From: an uncultured SAR86 cluster bacterium
GTDB taxonomy: Bacteria; Pseudomonadota; Gammaproteobacteria; Magnimaribacterales; D2472
Direction of reading: 5' to 3'
Assembly (NCBI GenBank): GCA_902617045.1
Contig: CACMVA010000002.1
Coordinates: 100,014-164,013, forward strand
DNA length: 64,000 nt
This document shows positions 62,385 through 64,000 of this stretch, one piece after another (position 1 is the first letter of the stretch; every line of letters begins with the position of its first letter). The notes below the pieces were generated by a model. That model saw nothing but the letters and a program-made list of their open reading frames with translations. It had not been told where the DNA came from and did no database searches. Position numbers and translations under genes: made by a program.

Positions 62385-62416
62385 ATTATAAATACCTGAC
62401 TAATTTAGTCAAGTTT
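62385..62416 (-). promoter_or_regulatory. iscR promoter with overlapping IscR type-1 operator
   Basis: The minus strand reads TTGACT (62412..62407), a 16-nt spacer, then TATAAT (62390..62385). The 25-mer AAACTTGACTAAATTAGTCAGGTAT (62416..62392) matches 24/25 of the recalled IscR type-1 consensus ATASYYGACTRWWWYAGTCRRSTAT. The -35 contains the purC stop codon. Confidence 0.65.
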
Positions 62417-63125
62417 CTATATTCATACCTAGTCTATCTGCGACTTGGTGATATGATTCTACGACGTCACCTAAACCTTGCCTAAATCTATCCTTATCCA
62501 TTTTTTTCAAAGTTTCTGAATCCCATAATCTACATCCATCAGGAGTGAATTCATCAGCAAGGAGTATTTTATCTTTGTAGAGACCATACTCAACTTTAAA
62601 ATCAACCAATATAAGACCAGAATTAAGAAATAATTTTGACAATATTTCATTAACTAAATATGTCTGTTTTTTCATTTCTTGTATATGCTCATTACTGGCC
62701 CATCCAAATGAAATAATATGTTCGTCATTAATTAAAGGATCTCCAAGATCATCATCTTTAAGGAAAAATTCAAATAATGGATTTTCTAGCACCAATCCAT
62801 CTTCTGTTCCTAATCTCTTACATATTGAGCCTGAAGCTCTATTTCGAATTACACACTCTATTGGAAACATATCCAATTTATAAACAAGTGAATCTGTGCT
62901 ATCAATTACTTCTATAAGATGAGATTCAACTCCATTATCTTTTAGATGATTCATAATGAATGCATTGAATTGATTATTGACAGCTCCCTTACCTAATAAA
63001 GCTTCTCTTTTTTTACCATCAAATGCCGAGGTATCATCACTAAAATGCATAATTAGATGATCCTCATTCTCAGTTGAGAACATCGACTTAGCTTTACCTT
63101 TTGTTATTTCATTAATTTTTTTCAT
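62409..63125 (-). CDS. purC: phosphoribosylaminoimidazole-succinocarboxamide synthase
   Basis: 238 aa, SAICAR synthetase family (short bacterial form). It lies next to a bamC-like gene, as in E. coli. Confidence 0.92.
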   Translation of the reverse strand: MKKINEITKGKAKSMFSTENEDHLIMHFSDDTSAFDGKKREALLGKGAVNNQFNAFIMNHLKDNGVESHLIEVIDSTDSLVYKLDMFPIECVIRNRASGSICKRLGTEDGLVLENPLFEFFLKDDDLGDPLINDEHIISFGWASNEHIQEMKKQTYLVNEILSKLFLNSGLILVDFKVEYGLYKDKILLADEFTPDGCRLWDSETLKKMDKDRFRQGLGDVVESYHQVADRLGMNIET

Positions 63126-64000
63126 TAACTTAAAGACTCATTTATTTTTGATAAAAGTAATTCTGATTCTTCAATATTACCATTTTTTGATATTGCTCTT
63201 ACATAAGATTTATTATTTTCTTGGGTGATGGTTATTTCAAATTGGGAGTCCCCTCCAAATTCATTATTTTGAAAATTATCACTTGAACTTCTGCCTCCAA
63301 AAAGTCTAAATCTTCTTTCATCTTTTTCAACAAAACTTACATAGAAAGTTCCATTGCTTCTATCTCTATCATTTGTAACTATTTCAGCAGCATCTAAAGC
63401 TCTACTAACAGAGGACCAAGCACGATCAAAGTTTAAATCTAAAGATATGACAGTCATTCCGTCTTGAGTAAAAATTTTTGCTTTCTTCATTTCATTTAAA
63501 TTTTGTGCAGCAAGTGATGTGCCTGAAAAATTAGATAAAGAATCTGCGTAATAATCTATCATTTTTTCCATTTCCATTTGAACAAACTCAGGATCGCTTT
63601 CAATATCGCCACTAATTTTATTAATCTTGTAAAGAAAAACCTCTGTGGATGCCTCCTTTATACCATGCTCAACTCTCATTTGTAATTTTGATGATTGTGA
63701 GAAGTCTATATCTATTTCTCCAGTAACTGGATCTGCCTTAGTAACATCGAATTCAGATGTATCCCAATAATTTTTTGATATAGGCCACGATGTCGAGGGG
63801 AGTGTTTCAATGTAAATCCACATCAGTTCACCCAATCTTCTAAGTTGAACAGAACTGTCTCCAGATGAAGAGAAAATTTGTCTTGGTTTAGGTACTTCCA
63901 ATACATTTTCTAAATTCGATGGATCTCCAACTGGATAGTGATTTTCAGCATCAAGTGAATTTAAATCGGCAGGTATAACAATATTTTCTTCAATCTCTTC
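63125..64000 (-). CDS. bamC: BamC/NlpB-like outer membrane lipoprotein (5' end outside window)
   Basis: The frame stays open from 63901 to the window edge (..EEIEENIVIPADLNSLDAENHYPVGDPSNLENV..), so the TTG at 63901 is probably internal. The position directly upstream of purC mirrors E. coli bamC-purC. Sequence recognition is weak. Confidence 0.5.
   Translation of the reverse strand, partial: EEIEENIVIPADLNSLDAENHYPVGDPSNLENVLEVPKPRQIFSSSGDSSVQLRRLGELMWIYIETLPSTSWPISKNYWDTSEFDVTKADPVTGEIDIDFSQSSKLQMRVEHGIKEASTEVFLYKINKISGDIESDPEFVQMEMEKMIDYYADSLSNFSGTSLAAQNLNEMKKAKIFTQDGMTVISLDLNFDRAWSSVSRALDAAEIVTNDRDRSNGTFYVSFVEKDERRFRLFGGRSSSDNFQNNEFGGDSQFEITITQENNKSYVRAISKNGNIEESELLLSKINESLS

Overview
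This window is an AT-rich (roughly one-third GC by eye), very tightly packed chromosomal segment from a streamlined gammaproteobacterium. Gene order is E. coli/Pseudomonas-like; the composition and compaction would fit a marine SAR86-like lineage, but the taxon cannot be determined from this sequence. I call about 67 protein-coding genes, almost all core housekeeping. In window order they are: rpoE-rseA, sdhE/ygfZ, ung, serA-like, glpK and nrdAB; then mdh; a gap-free run rpsP-rimM-trmD-rplS-xerD-dsbC-hom-thrC-prfB-lysS; groES-groEL; ampD-ampG; murJ-ribF-ileS-lspA-ispH; sdhCDAB-sucAB-lpd-sucCD; ndk-rlmN-rodZ-ispG-hisS-yfgM-bamB-der; iscRSUA-fdx-iscX; and purC-bamC. I saw no rRNA, tRNA, CRISPR array, IS element, integrase island or recognisable defence or toxin cassette, and no discrete novel multi-gene system. 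The most unusual content is inside core genes. (1) Ribosomal protein L19 carries a ~180-aa N-terminal module with a MinD/FtsY-type amphipathic membrane-targeting motif, a HeH/Rho_N-like segment and an acidic A/P/E repeat linker. (2) Ribosomal protein S16, in the same operon, carries a ~120-aa Lys/Ala-rich plus acidic repeat tail built from the same repeat family. (3) lspA is interrupted by a 1-nt frameshift in a homopolymer, which removes the catalytic FNLAD motif. (4) Several clean regulatory architectures are readable: tandem NrdR boxes plus DnaA boxes at nrdAB, a palindromic DnaA-box pair directly upstream of ung, and a near-consensus promoter with an IscR type-1 box that implies a leaderless GTG-start iscR. 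(5) The isc operon has no hscBA. All functional assignments come from motif recognition and synteny by eye; no database search was run.
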